Assembly: GCA_020849475.1 (NCBI GenBank)
Contig: JADLGE010000034.1
Span: 21,286 to 85,285 of the forward strand
Source: Gammaproteobacteria bacterium
GTDB taxonomy: Bacteria; Pseudomonadota; Gammaproteobacteria; Ga0077536
DNA: 64,000 bases
Direction of reading: 5' to 3'
Part shown: positions 34,849-44,917 of the stretch, one piece after another
Layout: each line of letters opens with the position of its first letter
Position numbering within the stretch: position 1 is the stretch's first letter
Position numbers and translations under genes: made by a program
Notes under the pieces: model-generated
Told to the model about the DNA's origin: nothing
Databases searched by the model: none
What the model saw: only the letters and a program-made list of their open reading frames with translations

Positions 34849-37134
34849 GTGAAGAAACAAACAATCGCCAGGGTTCTGATGGCGGGAGGCATGGCCGGTG
34901 GCGTTCTGTTCGCCGGGACAGCCTCTGCCATCGACTGGAACATCACCGGTTTCGTCCGTCAGGAAATTGCCTACAGCCTGAACTCGGACGGCAATCCCAA
35001 CAACACGATGGACGACGTGTTCAACGATCGCATCACGCCGAACGTCACGCACGTGAACTACGGCAGCGCGGCGTCAACCGCCGCCGTGACCGCGGCCAAC
35101 CCTGAGCTGTACCTGCCCGGCGCAGGCTTCTCGAACTTCCGCGCGCGCGCTCATGCCGACCATGCCGGCCCGGGCGTCACTGCCGTTGGCGGCGAGCTGT
35201 TCTCGCTGGCCGGTGCGGAGACCAGCTCGCCGGTCGACTGCCAGTTCAGCCAGCAGCGCGCCATCGCCTCCGGCTCCGCCGGTCGCGGACCGAACATCGG
35301 TGGATTTGCCACGTTCCCGGGCGCTCTCTGCCCTGGCGGCGGTGGCTCCCCGCAGGCCGGAGGCAACCAGTTTGCCAAGGCCGGTCTGGTGCCGAACGGC
35401 GACTTCTCGCTGAAGAACAATGATTCGTTGAACTTCAACATGTTCAACTCGCGTCTCGAGTTCGACGTCCAGGCGAAGATCAGCGACGAGTTCTCCGCTT
35501 ACGTGAAGACCCGCGTGTACTACGACGGTACGCGTCATTTCACCGACGGCAAGATTGGTGACAGCTTCGGTCCCGGCCAGTCGGGCAGCGGCGTGTGGAG
35601 TCATCGCCGCAACACCCTGCTGGAATACAACACCCCTGACGCCATCCTGGATTTGCCGGCGTTCTACCTGGACTGGAATCGTGGCCCACTGTGGGTGCGC
35701 GTAGGCAACCAGGTCATCGCCTGGGGTGAAGCCTACTTCTTCCGCACCATGGACGTGGCCAACGGCCTCGACCTGCGTCGCCATCTGACCCTTGGCCCGG
35801 GCGCCGAGGAATACCAGGACCAGCGTATTGCCTCGCCGGGCGTGCGTCTGTCCTACACCTTCAGCAACGGCTTTGAACTCGATGCGTTCGCGCAGATGTT
35901 CTCGCCGACCCTGCTGCCGGGTCAGAACACGCCTTACAACCTCGTCAACGATGACGTCTACGTCAACGAATCGGCGGGTTTCAAGGATGCACGTGGTTCG
36001 ATGAACTTCGGTGCGCGCATGACCATGCCGATCACCGAGCAGCTGACCGCGATCGTGGGCGTCGTCAATCGTCGCAATCCCGATGGCGTGCTGCGCAACG
36101 TCGATGCGCCGAGCTACTGGGACGGTCACATCAACACCGGTTGCGTGAATCAGTTCAACGATACGCTGAACTTCCTGAACGGTGGCAAGGGTCTGCAGGG
36201 TGCCGCGGCATTCGGCTTCCCGACTTTCGACAAGCGTGCGCGCACCATGGAGAACGGTTGCGGTTCGGCGTTCTCGCCTGATCACAACGCCGCAAGCTCG
36301 ATCAACTACTGGTCGAACATTGCTTCGGGTCGTATCGACAACGGCAATTACCTGCGTCACATCATCAACGACTTCCCGGCTTCCAAGTGGGCGGTCCGCA
36401 ATATTTTCAATTTCGGCGACGAAATGAATTTTGTGGATTCGATGCGCACGCTGGAAGGTTTCCGTTCGTCCTTCGGACCGTTCACGCAGTGGGTTGGCCG
36501 CGAGTTCAAGCGTGAAACCATCGCCATGGTCGGCGGCAACTACGTGGTCGAATCGGAAAATGAACTGCTTGACCAGTTGATCATCCGTGGTGAAGTTTCG
36601 GTGACGCCGAACAAGCGCCTGACCACCGACCTGTCGTGGGATTACAAGGAAGTCACCGACGTGGTGTCGGCCTTGATCCTCGAGAAGTACATGCGCTTCT
36701 CCGAAGCATTCCCGGCCACCTACATGGTGTTCCAGTGGATGCATCGCACGTCGACCGACATGTTCGGCCGCGATCTGGACAAGAACAACATGCCGACCAT
36801 CGGCCACTTCATCGATTCGAAGACCGGCGCCTTCAAGCCCGCGGCTTTCGATCCTGAAGAACTCAAGCCGCGCGGCAGCGACAATGCCGACTACGTGGTG
36901 TTCGCGTTCCAGCAGCCGTTCCCGAACCTGATCTGGCGCTTTGACATGTCCCTGCTGATCGACACTGCCGGTGGTTACCTGATCCAGCCGGGTGTCCGCT
37001 ACCGTCCGTCCGCCAACTGGCAGTGGGATGTGTACGCGACGGTCATCGCTTCGCCGGGTGGTACCAACGACACCATCACCGAGACGCTCGACTTCGCCGA
37101 CGAAATGTTCGTCCGCGCGACCTACTTCTTCTAA
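34849..37134 (+). CDS. DUF1302-family outer-membrane beta-barrel protein, copy 1
   Basis: GTG at 34849 follows GAGGAGAG. The signal is VKKQTIARVLMAGGMAGGVLFAGTASA. The conserved core is AFYLDWNRGPLWVRVGNQVIAWGEAYFFRTMDV, and the protein ends in an aromatic residue (...RATYFF), as is typical of OM barrels. Confidence 0.8.
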   Translation: MKKQTIARVLMAGGMAGGVLFAGTASAIDWNITGFVRQEIAYSLNSDGNPNNTMDDVFNDRITPNVTHVNYGSAASTAAVTAANPELYLPGAGFSNFRARAHADHAGPGVTAVGGELFSLAGAETSSPVDCQFSQQRAIASGSAGRGPNIGGFATFPGALCPGGGGSPQAGGNQFAKAGLVPNGDFSLKNNDSLNFNMFNSRLEFDVQAKISDEFSAYVKTRVYYDGTRHFTDGKIGDSFGPGQSGSGVWSHRRNTLLEYNTPDAILDLPAFYLDWNRGPLWVRVGNQVIAWGEAYFFRTMDVANGLDLRRHLTLGPGAEEYQDQRIASPGVRLSYTFSNGFELDAFAQMFSPTLLPGQNTPYNLVNDDVYVNESAGFKDARGSMNFGARMTMPITEQLTAIVGVVNRRNPDGVLRNVDAPSYWDGHINTGCVNQFNDTLNFLNGGKGLQGAAAFGFPTFDKRARTMENGCGSAFSPDHNAASSINYWSNIASGRIDNGNYLRHIINDFPASKWAVRNIFNFGDEMNFVDSMRTLEGFRSSFGPFTQWVGREFKRETIAMVGGNYVVESENELLDQLIIRGEVSVTPNKRLTTDLSWDYKEVTDVVSALILEKYMRFSEAFPATYMVFQWMHRTSTDMFGRDLDKNNMPTIGHFIDSKTGAFKPAAFDPEELKPRGSDNADYVVFAFQQPFPNLIWRFDMSLLIDTAGGYLIQPGVRYRPSANWQWDVYATVIASPGGTNDTITETLDFADEMFVRATYFF

Positions 37135-37154
37135 GGAAGTCCGTCGAGTTGCTG

Positions 37155-37185
37155 AAGAGCCGGCCCAGTGCCGGCTCTTTTTTTT
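37155..37185 (+). terminator. Rho-independent terminator after DUF1302 copy 1
   Basis: AAGAGCCGGC-CCAGT-GCCGGCTCTT forms a 10-bp stem, followed by a run of T's (to 37185). It begins about 20 nt after TAA at 37134. Confidence 0.85.
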
Positions 37186-37574
37186 GGGGCGCCGCCGACT
37201 CCGGCAGGCACGCCCAAACCCCGCCCTTCATCCACCCCGAAAGTGCTCCATTCGACCGCTGGCTGACAGCATTCGACTTCCGCCTTGCCCGTCGCCGCAG
37301 GCAACGCAACATTTCGCGTTCTTCACATTCTTGCGCCCGCTCAGCGGCTTAAGACGTTACTCCCGCAATGCACCAAAAATTGCAGCTCCCAGAGTACGGT
37401 TTTCCAACCCCTACGCCACCGTATTCGCCGAGCACCCAACCCCCTTTGGGGAGTGCGCGAAAGGTCAATTCGGGGAGCTGATTTGTGGCCTGATCTGTCC
37501 ATCGCTGTTGTGTCCTTGCAACAACAACAGGCTATGGCGGGTCGGCCGATGTTCGTCCCAACTCGCGAAAATGA

Positions 37575-37606
37575 TTGACAGGGCCATGAAAAGCGCGGCG
37601 TAATGC
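37575..37606 (+). promoter_or_regulatory. Sigma70-type promoter candidate for DUF1302 copy 2
   Basis: TTGACA (37575-37580) with CGTAAT at 18 nt or TAATGC at 20 nt. The -35 hexamer and CGTAAT element are the same as in the copy-1 candidate. Confidence 0.3.
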
Positions 37607-37727
37607 CTCCCTGGCCGGGGTACCGGCAGACAATTTTCCATCTGTACCAGATAGACAACGCCAGATTGTCGTCTTGGTACTACTGGGGTTCCAAAAAAGA
37701 CACATGGTTTTACAGAGGAGAGCGGGA

Positions 37728-40105
37728 GTGAAGAAATACACAATCGCCCAATATCTGATGGCCGGAGGCATGGTCGGCGGCGTACTGTTCGCCGATACCG
37801 CATCCGCCATCGATTGGAATATCACGGGTTTCGTCAGACAAGAAATTGCCTATAGCCTGAATTCGGACGGCAATCCGAACAACGACATGGACAACCCGTT
37901 CAATGATCGGATCCAGCCCAACATCACGCATCACGAATTCGGTAGCAAGACCACGCCGACAGCCAATCCGGGTGATTATTTCCCGACCATGGATGCCGTT
38001 GGTCTCGTGCCGTTTCCGGCAGGCCAGGCCGCGGGCTCCAACGCTCGCGCCCATGCGCATACTTATTGGGGGCAAAAGACCGACGGCACAGATCTGGTGC
38101 CGGCGCCCGTCGGCCCCAACCCGCTTGGCATCAGCCTGAACACGGAGTTCATGACCGCGGGTAACAACACCAACTCGCCAGTTGATTGCCATTACAGCCA
38201 ACTGCGCGCACTTGCCGCCGGATCGCCCGGTATCGGCGCAAACGTAGGCGCCGTCAACGGTATCCCCAACCCGGCCGGCATCCCGATCTTTCCGGGCGCA
38301 CTGTGCCCCGGCGGCGGCGGTTCGAACTTCATTCCGGGTGCGAAGAACAACGCCAAGGGCAGCATCGTGCCGCCCGGCGATATCGCGTTGAACGACGAGG
38401 ACAGCCTCGATTTCAACCTCTTCAACTCCCGCCTTGAGTTCGACGTCCAAGCCAAGATCAGCGACGAGTTCTCGGCCTATGTCAAAACTCGTATCTACTA
38501 CGACGGTACGCGCCACTTCACCGACGGCAAGATCGGTGACAGCTTTGGTCCCGGCCGTTGGGGTGCTGGCATGTGGAGCAGCCGTCGTCAGACCCTGCTC
38601 GAAGCCAACACGCCTGATGCGATCCTCGACCTGCCGGCGTTCTATCTCGACTGGAACCGCGGCCCGCTGTGGGTGCGTGTGGGTAACCAGGTCATCGCCT
38701 GGGGTGAAGCCTACTTCTTCCGTACCATGGACGTGGCCAACGGCCTCGATCTGCGTCGTCACCTGACCTTGGGGCCGGGCGCCGAAGAGTACCAGGATCA
38801 GCGCGTTGCCTCGCCGGGCGTGCGTCTGTCCTATACCTTCAGCAACGGCTTTGAGCTCGATGCGTTCGCGCAGATGTTCTCGCCGACCATTCTGCCGGCG
38901 CAGAACACCGCTTATAACTTGATTCCCACCTATGGTGCGCGTGTCAACGACGAAGCCGGCTATCACGACGCTCGCGGTTCGATGAACTTCGGTGCGCGCA
39001 TGACCATGCCGATCACCGAGCAGTTGACCGGTATCATCGGTGTGGTGAATCGTCGTAACCAGGACGGTGTGTTCCGTAACGTTGACGCCCCGGCGGCCAA
39101 CAACGGTCGCATCAACACCGGTTGCGTCAACCAGTACAACGACACCCTGAACTTCCTGGGTGGTGCTGGCGCCGCGGCGGCCGTGGGTTTCCCGACCCTC
39201 GACACGCGCATGCGCAGCATGGAGAACGGTTGCGGTTCGACCTTCGCGCCGGACCCGACGGGCACTCCGTCGTTGCAGTACTGGAAGACCATCCAGAGCG
39301 CGCGTCTCAACAACCAGAACTATCTGCGTCACGTTATCGATGATTTCCCGGCCGCCAAGTGGGCCGTGCGTAACATCTTCAACTTCGGTGACGAGCAGAA
39401 CTTCGTTGATACCTATCGCACCCTGGAAGGTTTCCGCTCCTCGTTCGGTCCGTTCATCCAGTGGGTGGGCCGCGAGTTCAAGCGCGAAAACGTGTTCATG
39501 GTGGGTGGCAACTATGTCGTCAACTCGGAAAATCCGCTGCTCGACCAGTTGATCATCCGTGGTGAAGTGTCGGTGACCCCGAACAAGCGCATCACCCATG
39601 ACCTCGAGTTCAAGTACAAGGAAGTGGATGACATCGTGTCTTCCATGATCTTGGAGAAGTACTACCGCTTCTCCGATGCGTTCCCGGCCACCTACATGGT
39701 GTTCCAGTGGATGCACCGTACGGCGACCGACATGTTCGGTCGTGACCTCGACAACAACAACACCCCTGGCATCGAAAACTTCATCGATGGCAAGACCGGC
39801 CAGTTCCTGCCGGCAGCCTTCGAGAAGGGCGCGATGGATCCCAGGGCAGCCCGATGGCCGACTACGTCGTGTTCGCCTTCCAGCAGCCGTTCCCGAACCT
39901 GATCTGGCGCCTCGACATGGCGGTGCTGATCGATACCGCGGGCGGTTACCTGGTGCAGCCGGGTGTGCGCTACCGTCCGTCTGCCAAGTGGCAGTGGGAC
40001 GTCTACGCGACTGTCATTGGCTCGCCGGGCGGTAACAACGACACCATCACCGAGACCCTCGATTTCGCAGACGAAATGTTCGTCCGCGCGACCTACTTCT
40101 TCTAA
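37728..40105 (+). pseudogene. DUF1302-family outer-membrane protein, copy 2, interrupted by a -1 frameshift in a G-run (39844-39846)
   Basis: GTG at 37728 has the same GAGGAGAG context as copy 1. ORF 37674..39902 carries the N-terminal ~700 aa. The conserved C-terminus (ADYVVFAFQQPFPNLIW...DEMFVRATYFF) is in ORF 39854..40105 in another frame. Restoring one G (GGG to GGGG) gives ...DPRGSPMADYVVF, matching copy 1 ...KPRGSDNADYVVF. Confidence 0.75.
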
Positions 40106-40125
40106 GCAGGCTCGTCGAGTTTGAG

Positions 40126-40156
40126 AAGAGCCGGCCCAGTGCCGGCTCTTTTTTTT
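40126..40156 (+). terminator. Rho-independent terminator after DUF1302 copy 2
   Basis: The stem-loop AAGAGCCGGC-CCAGT-GCCGGCTCTT plus T-run is identical to the one at 37155-37185. Confidence 0.85.
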
Positions 40157-40479
40157 GGCGCCCGTAAAGCCACGTGGATGAATGCTGAGCAGAGCACCTC
40201 GATGCCGCACTGCACTCAACTTCCCAAGCTGCCACTCTTTGCTATCATGCCGAACATACCCGAAGGGCGGGGCATGCTGCGGGAGAATGGAATGCATGCG
40301 CCGTCATTGCGGTCAAACCTTATAACAACAGCCGAGCGGACCACGACTCAGCAGGCGTCCATGAGCTCTTCAGCGCACCATTCCCGTGTGGCCAACCTTT
40401 GGCAGTCGATGCCGACAGTGGAGACATTCACGGTGGGCGCACATCGCCGCGTCGTCCGGCAAGCCGCGAATACCCTGTA

Positions 40480-41625
40480 ATGGAACGCGGCCGCCGTATC
40501 GTCCTGTGGGTATGCTTTCTGGCGTTCTCCGCGATTATTCACGCCATCGTGTCGGGCGGTGTCGGTCACCAGATCGAGCGCAATCTCGGGCTCGTCACGC
40601 CCGAAGAGAAAATTGAAATCAAGGTGCCGCCGGCGCCACAGAAACTGGTCGAGCGCGAACCGCCGCCGGAAGATGAACTCGAGTTCGAGAAAGAACTGGA
40701 ACTCGAACCGCCGGAGGTGCTCATCGCGCCCAAGGCCGTGGCGCCACCGCCGCCCAATGTCACGGTCGCCTTGAAAGCCCAGGCCGGCGGCGCGGGCGGA
40801 GATGAAAATGCCGAGGGCACGCCGCAGATCCAGATAGCGGGCGGTTTGAGTCTCGGCGCGATTCCCGGTACCGCCGGCAGTGGCTTCGGGGGTTTCAAAT
40901 CCGGCATAGGCAACGGCTTCGGCGACGGCACTTCGCGCTTCGCGGCCTATATTTCCGGCCTGCGTGAAGCGGGCCTCGACGTGGTGTTCTGTGTCGATGC
41001 CACCGGCTCCATGGGCTGGGTGCTGGCGGAGGTCAAAGACCGCATTGAAGATATCGCCAAGTTCGTGCGCACGCTGGTGCCCATCGCGCGCTTCGGCTTC
41101 GTCGCCTATCGCGACACCGACAATCCCGAATTCACCACCCGCGTGCAGCCGCTGACCTACAGCAGCACCAAGCTCAATCGTTTCCTCGGTGCTTTGAAAG
41201 CCGATGGTGGCGGTGACTGGTATGAAGCGGTGGACGAAGGCATACGCGCCGCCATCGATGAATCGGGTTGGCGGCCGGGCGCGCGCAGAATCATCATCGT
41301 CATCGGCGATGCGCCGATGCGTGAAGGGCAGGTCAAGAAGGTCGCGCGCCTGATCGGCAACTTCAAACACAACGGTGGCACCTTGTCGGCGCTCGATGTC
41401 AGCGACCAGGCCAATCCCCATTTGCTCGAAGCTAAACTCGGACGCGCCGTGCCGCGCGAGATGTATCGCAACGCACCGATGGCCGACTGGCTGGTGCTCG
41501 GCGAGGCGGGCGGCGGCGATACCGCCACGCTCGACGGCGACACCAAGCTCACACGGCGCCTGGTCAAGCTCATCATGGGCGACCAGTTCGCAAATGAAAT
41601 GCAAGCGCTGCTGGACGTCTTATGA
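40480..41625 (+). CDS. Inner-membrane-anchored periplasmic vWA (von Willebrand factor A) domain protein with Pro/Glu-rich spacer
   Basis: ATG at 40480. The N-terminus MERGRRIVLWVCFLAFSAIIHAIV is positive-inside with one TM. The spacer is VPPAPQKLVEREPPPEDELEFEKELELEPPEV...APPPPN, followed by a Gly-rich tract. The vWA domain has the MIDAS-like VVFCVDATGSM, GGGDWYEA and IIIVIGDAP motifs. Confidence 0.75.
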   Translation: MERGRRIVLWVCFLAFSAIIHAIVSGGVGHQIERNLGLVTPEEKIEIKVPPAPQKLVEREPPPEDELEFEKELELEPPEVLIAPKAVAPPPPNVTVALKAQAGGAGGDENAEGTPQIQIAGGLSLGAIPGTAGSGFGGFKSGIGNGFGDGTSRFAAYISGLREAGLDVVFCVDATGSMGWVLAEVKDRIEDIAKFVRTLVPIARFGFVAYRDTDNPEFTTRVQPLTYSSTKLNRFLGALKADGGGDWYEAVDEGIRAAIDESGWRPGARRIIIVIGDAPMREGQVKKVARLIGNFKHNGGTLSALDVSDQANPHLLEAKLGRAVPREMYRNAPMADWLVLGEAGGGDTATLDGDTKLTRRLVKLIMGDQFANEMQALLDVL

Positions 41626-43892
41626 GCAGGCTCAAGTTCATGAATGCCGTGCGTCCGCTGTGCGTGCTGGTCATGCTCGGGCTGTTCGCACCTGCACAGG
41701 CCGCCGACAAGGCAGTGGCGGCGACGCCCGCCACTGCCGTCATCAATCCGGCCACCGACATGGCCAAGCTCGCGGCCCTGGTCGCGCGACTGCAGGCCGC
41801 CAGCGCCGGCTCCGAGGAATACGCCGCGGTCGCCAACGAAGTCGGGCCGGTGGTGGATGAGTTACGTCAGGCGGGCCTCGATGCCAAGCAACTCGATGCC
41901 ATTCGGCGCCAGCTCGAACAGATGCGCGTACTGGCCGATCAGCGTCTCGATCAATACGAAGCCGCTACCAACGAAAACGAAGGCGCACTCGAAAACATGT
42001 ATCGCTCGCGCGTGTGGGACGACATGAGTTTCGCGCTCGCGGCATTCCCGTATTGGCGCGCGTGGATCGATCTTGAACTCGCGCGCATGGTGAACGGCCA
42101 GGGCGAGAAGAGCCAAGCCTTGAAGCCCGCCCGAGACGGTTTCAAAGCGGCCTCGGTGCAGCTGTTCAAACCTGGCCTCGTGTATGGCGGCTGGTTGGGC
42201 CTGGGCTATGTCGAGCTCGAAGGTGGACGTAAGGACCGCGCCAAGGAAATCTTCAAGAAGCTCGAAGAAGCCCTCGCCAGCGAACCGGATTCACCGGTGC
42301 GACAGGCGGTCAGCATGGAGCTGCGCAATATCGACGCGAAGCAGGGTACGGTGTCGAGCTTCGCCAGCAAAGGCGGCAAATATTCAGACAACGATGCGCC
42401 GGTCATCAAGAACGAAGCTTTCGCCATGCTGCAGCAGAGTCGCAAGACCGGCGGGCGGCCGCTGGAAGCCGCCGCGCGTCTCAAGTCGCTCATCGATGCC
42501 GGCAAAATCGACGACCAGTTGCTGAGTAACATGATGACTTACGCGCAGGAGCTGTCGGGCGTCGACGTCGGCCCCTATACCGACCTCGCCGGCGCCGAGT
42601 TCGCGATGGCCAACGAGCATTGGTATAACGCGATGCAGAAATACGCGGCCTTCTTCAAGGCCGTGCAGCCGCCGCCCGATCTCGATCTCAACAACTACCG
42701 ATATCGCTGGGCGCTGGCCGCCTACAAGAGCGACATCTTCGAGCCGGCCATCGATGTGCTGAACAAGCTGCTGGCCCAACCGCGTCTTTCAGGCGAACTG
42801 GATGAAGCGGGTTCCAAGCTGCTGTACGCCATCTATGCCACCCGTGAGCAGAAGGGTGGCTCGCAGGCCAATCACCAGAAGCTGCGGGAAGCGGCGGCGC
42901 GCTTTGTATCACGCAGCCCGCACGATCCGGCCGCCGATGCGGCGCGGCTCATGATTGCGCAGACGGCCACCAGCGCCGGTGCGGCCTTGCAGCAGCTCGG
43001 GCAGGCGAGTTCGGCCGAGGCCAAGGCCCAAATCGGACGCACCGCTTTCGGCATCATCGCTCGGGATTTCAGCACCGCGGTCGCGCGCGGCAAAACCGCG
43101 CAGGGCGCCGGTCTCGCGCGACAAGGCATCGATGCATGGCAGACGCTGCCGGCCGAAGACAAGAAAGACCAGTTCAATTTCGCCGTGCTGCTGGAAATGC
43201 GCGCGCTGGTCGACCCCGAGCCCGATGCGGTATTGAAGGCGCTCGACCAGATTGAACAGAAGGGCAAGCTCAACAACGACATCGAACGCGCGCTGGTGTG
43301 GTCGCGTCTGCAGCTGCTCGACCGCATGAAAGATCCGGCCAGGAGCGAGGCCTATGTGCGCAAGCTCGCCGGCAGCGGCATCCCGGCCTGGCAGGTCGAA
43401 TATCTCTATCCATGGATCAAGGATGGCAAGGACGTCGAGCAGCGCATGAAGCTCGCGACGCTGGTGCGCCCGGCGGTCAAGGACCAACCTGAGATGGACC
43501 GTCGCTTTGCGATGTTGATCATCGAAGACCTGTTGGTCAAAAAGGACGCCACCGGCGCCAACGAACAGGCGCGCGCATTCTTGAAGCAGTATCCGAAATC
43601 CGGCGATGCCTGGCGCCTGGTGGCGCGCAGCTCGGAAGCGGTCAACCAGCCGTTCGAAGCCGACCGTGCATGGAATGTCATCACCGACAAGGCCGTGCCG
43701 ACCATGCCCATCTGGTGGGAAGGCATGTTGAGTCGGGTGCGCATTCGCACCCAGTCCAATCGCCCTGACGAAGCCTGTCCCTTGCTCAAACAGTTGCTGA
43801 AACAGCAGCAATACGTGCCGGCGGACTTCAAGGACGAATTCAATGCGGCGCGCGGCAGCGCACGGTGCGCGACCGCGCAGGCGGCAAATTGA
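41622..43892 (+). CDS. Secreted 756-aa all-helical (TPR-like) repeat protein, no recognisable family
   Basis: Signal MSRLKFMNAVRPLCVLVMLGLFAPAQA. The composition is helical-repeat throughout. It shares an ATGA overlap with the vWA gene. Confidence 0.7.
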   Translation: MSRLKFMNAVRPLCVLVMLGLFAPAQAADKAVAATPATAVINPATDMAKLAALVARLQAASAGSEEYAAVANEVGPVVDELRQAGLDAKQLDAIRRQLEQMRVLADQRLDQYEAATNENEGALENMYRSRVWDDMSFALAAFPYWRAWIDLELARMVNGQGEKSQALKPARDGFKAASVQLFKPGLVYGGWLGLGYVELEGGRKDRAKEIFKKLEEALASEPDSPVRQAVSMELRNIDAKQGTVSSFASKGGKYSDNDAPVIKNEAFAMLQQSRKTGGRPLEAAARLKSLIDAGKIDDQLLSNMMTYAQELSGVDVGPYTDLAGAEFAMANEHWYNAMQKYAAFFKAVQPPPDLDLNNYRYRWALAAYKSDIFEPAIDVLNKLLAQPRLSGELDEAGSKLLYAIYATREQKGGSQANHQKLREAAARFVSRSPHDPAADAARLMIAQTATSAGAALQQLGQASSAEAKAQIGRTAFGIIARDFSTAVARGKTAQGAGLARQGIDAWQTLPAEDKKDQFNFAVLLEMRALVDPEPDAVLKALDQIEQKGKLNNDIERALVWSRLQLLDRMKDPARSEAYVRKLAGSGIPAWQVEYLYPWIKDGKDVEQRMKLATLVRPAVKDQPEMDRRFAMLIIEDLLVKKDATGANEQARAFLKQYPKSGDAWRLVARSSEAVNQPFEADRAWNVITDKAVPTMPIWWEGMLSRVRIRTQSNRPDEACPLLKQLLKQQQYVPADFKDEFNAARGSARCATAQAAN

Positions 43893-43902
43893 GAGCACTA
43901 TC

Positions 43903-44886
43903 GTGAAAGGCAAGACCCCCGTCGCGCTGCTGACCGGATTTCTGGGCAGCGGCAAAACCACGCTCCTGTCGCGGGTGCTGGCCCAGGGCGGCTTCAAGGA
44001 CACCGCCGTCATCGTCAACGAGTTTGGCGAAGTCAGTATCGATCACCTGGTGGTGGCCGACCTGGCGGAAAACATCCTCGAGCTGCGCGACGGCTGTCTG
44101 TGCTGCACCATCCGCGGCGATCTGGCGATGACGCTGCGCGATCTCAACCGCCGTCGTTACCTCGAAGAGATACCCCATTTCAGCCGCGTGATCGTCGAAA
44201 CCACCGGCCTCGCCGATCCGGTGCCGCTGGTGCATACCATGATGGCCAACGCACCGATTCAAAGCGCCTACCGGCTCGATGCCGTGGTGTGCGTGGTCGA
44301 CGGTGAACATGGTCTGGCGACGCTCGCCGAACATGACACCGCGCAAGACCAGGTGGCGATGGCCGACATCCTTGTCATCAGCAAAATCGACATTGCGAGC
44401 CGCGAGAACGTGGCGTCATTGCGCGCGAGGCTGGCCGCCATCAATGTTGGCGCCGAAGTCGTGGAGGTGGCGAATGGCGATATCGACGCCACCCATCTGT
44501 TTGGCCGCTCGCTGTTTCAGCCCGGCGCACGCGATGAGGCGCTGGCGCGCTGGATGGCCAATGAGCATGCCCATCACGACCATGGCGCGCGCTATGGCGC
44601 CCATGTCATTCGACACGATGGCGTGTTGAGTCTGGCGGGCACCAGTGTGTTTCTCAATCGCATCGTCAACGAGATGAAAGATGACATCCTGCGCATCAAG
44701 GGCATCGCTGCCTTCCGTGAAAAAGGCGGCAAGCCGGCCGTGATGCATGCGGTGCAGAACAAATTCTACCCGGTCAGCTACCTTGAAGACTGGCCGGACG
44801 ACGATCACACGAGTCGCCTGGTGTTCATCGGGCGCCATCTCAACACACAACGTATCGACGAATTATTCGCGGCACTGTGTGTCTGA
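43903..44886 (+). CDS. COG0523 (CobW/ZigA/YeiR-type) G3E-family metallochaperone GTPase
   Basis: GTG at 43903 lies 10 nt after the upstream stop. The P-loop is LLTGFLGSGKTTLL, the CxCC metal motif is GCLCCTIRGD, ETTGLADP is switch-like, ISKID matches NKxD, and there is a His-rich stretch NEHAHHDHGARYGAH. Confidence 0.85.
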   Translation: MKGKTPVALLTGFLGSGKTTLLSRVLAQGGFKDTAVIVNEFGEVSIDHLVVADLAENILELRDGCLCCTIRGDLAMTLRDLNRRRYLEEIPHFSRVIVETTGLADPVPLVHTMMANAPIQSAYRLDAVVCVVDGEHGLATLAEHDTAQDQVAMADILVISKIDIASRENVASLRARLAAINVGAEVVEVANGDIDATHLFGRSLFQPGARDEALARWMANEHAHHDHGARYGAHVIRHDGVLSLAGTSVFLNRIVNEMKDDILRIKGIAAFREKGGKPAVMHAVQNKFYPVSYLEDWPDDDHTSRLVFIGRHLNTQRIDELFAALCV

Positions 44887-44917
44887 ACGCCGTCAACCGG
44901 CATTGAGGGAATACGCC

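Noticed and set aside
39854-40105. An 83-aa ORF as an independent small gene.
   Set aside because: It is the conserved C-terminus of the DUF1302 family, colinear with the end of copy 1 including the terminal ...RATYFF, displaced by the -1 frameshift at 39844-39846.
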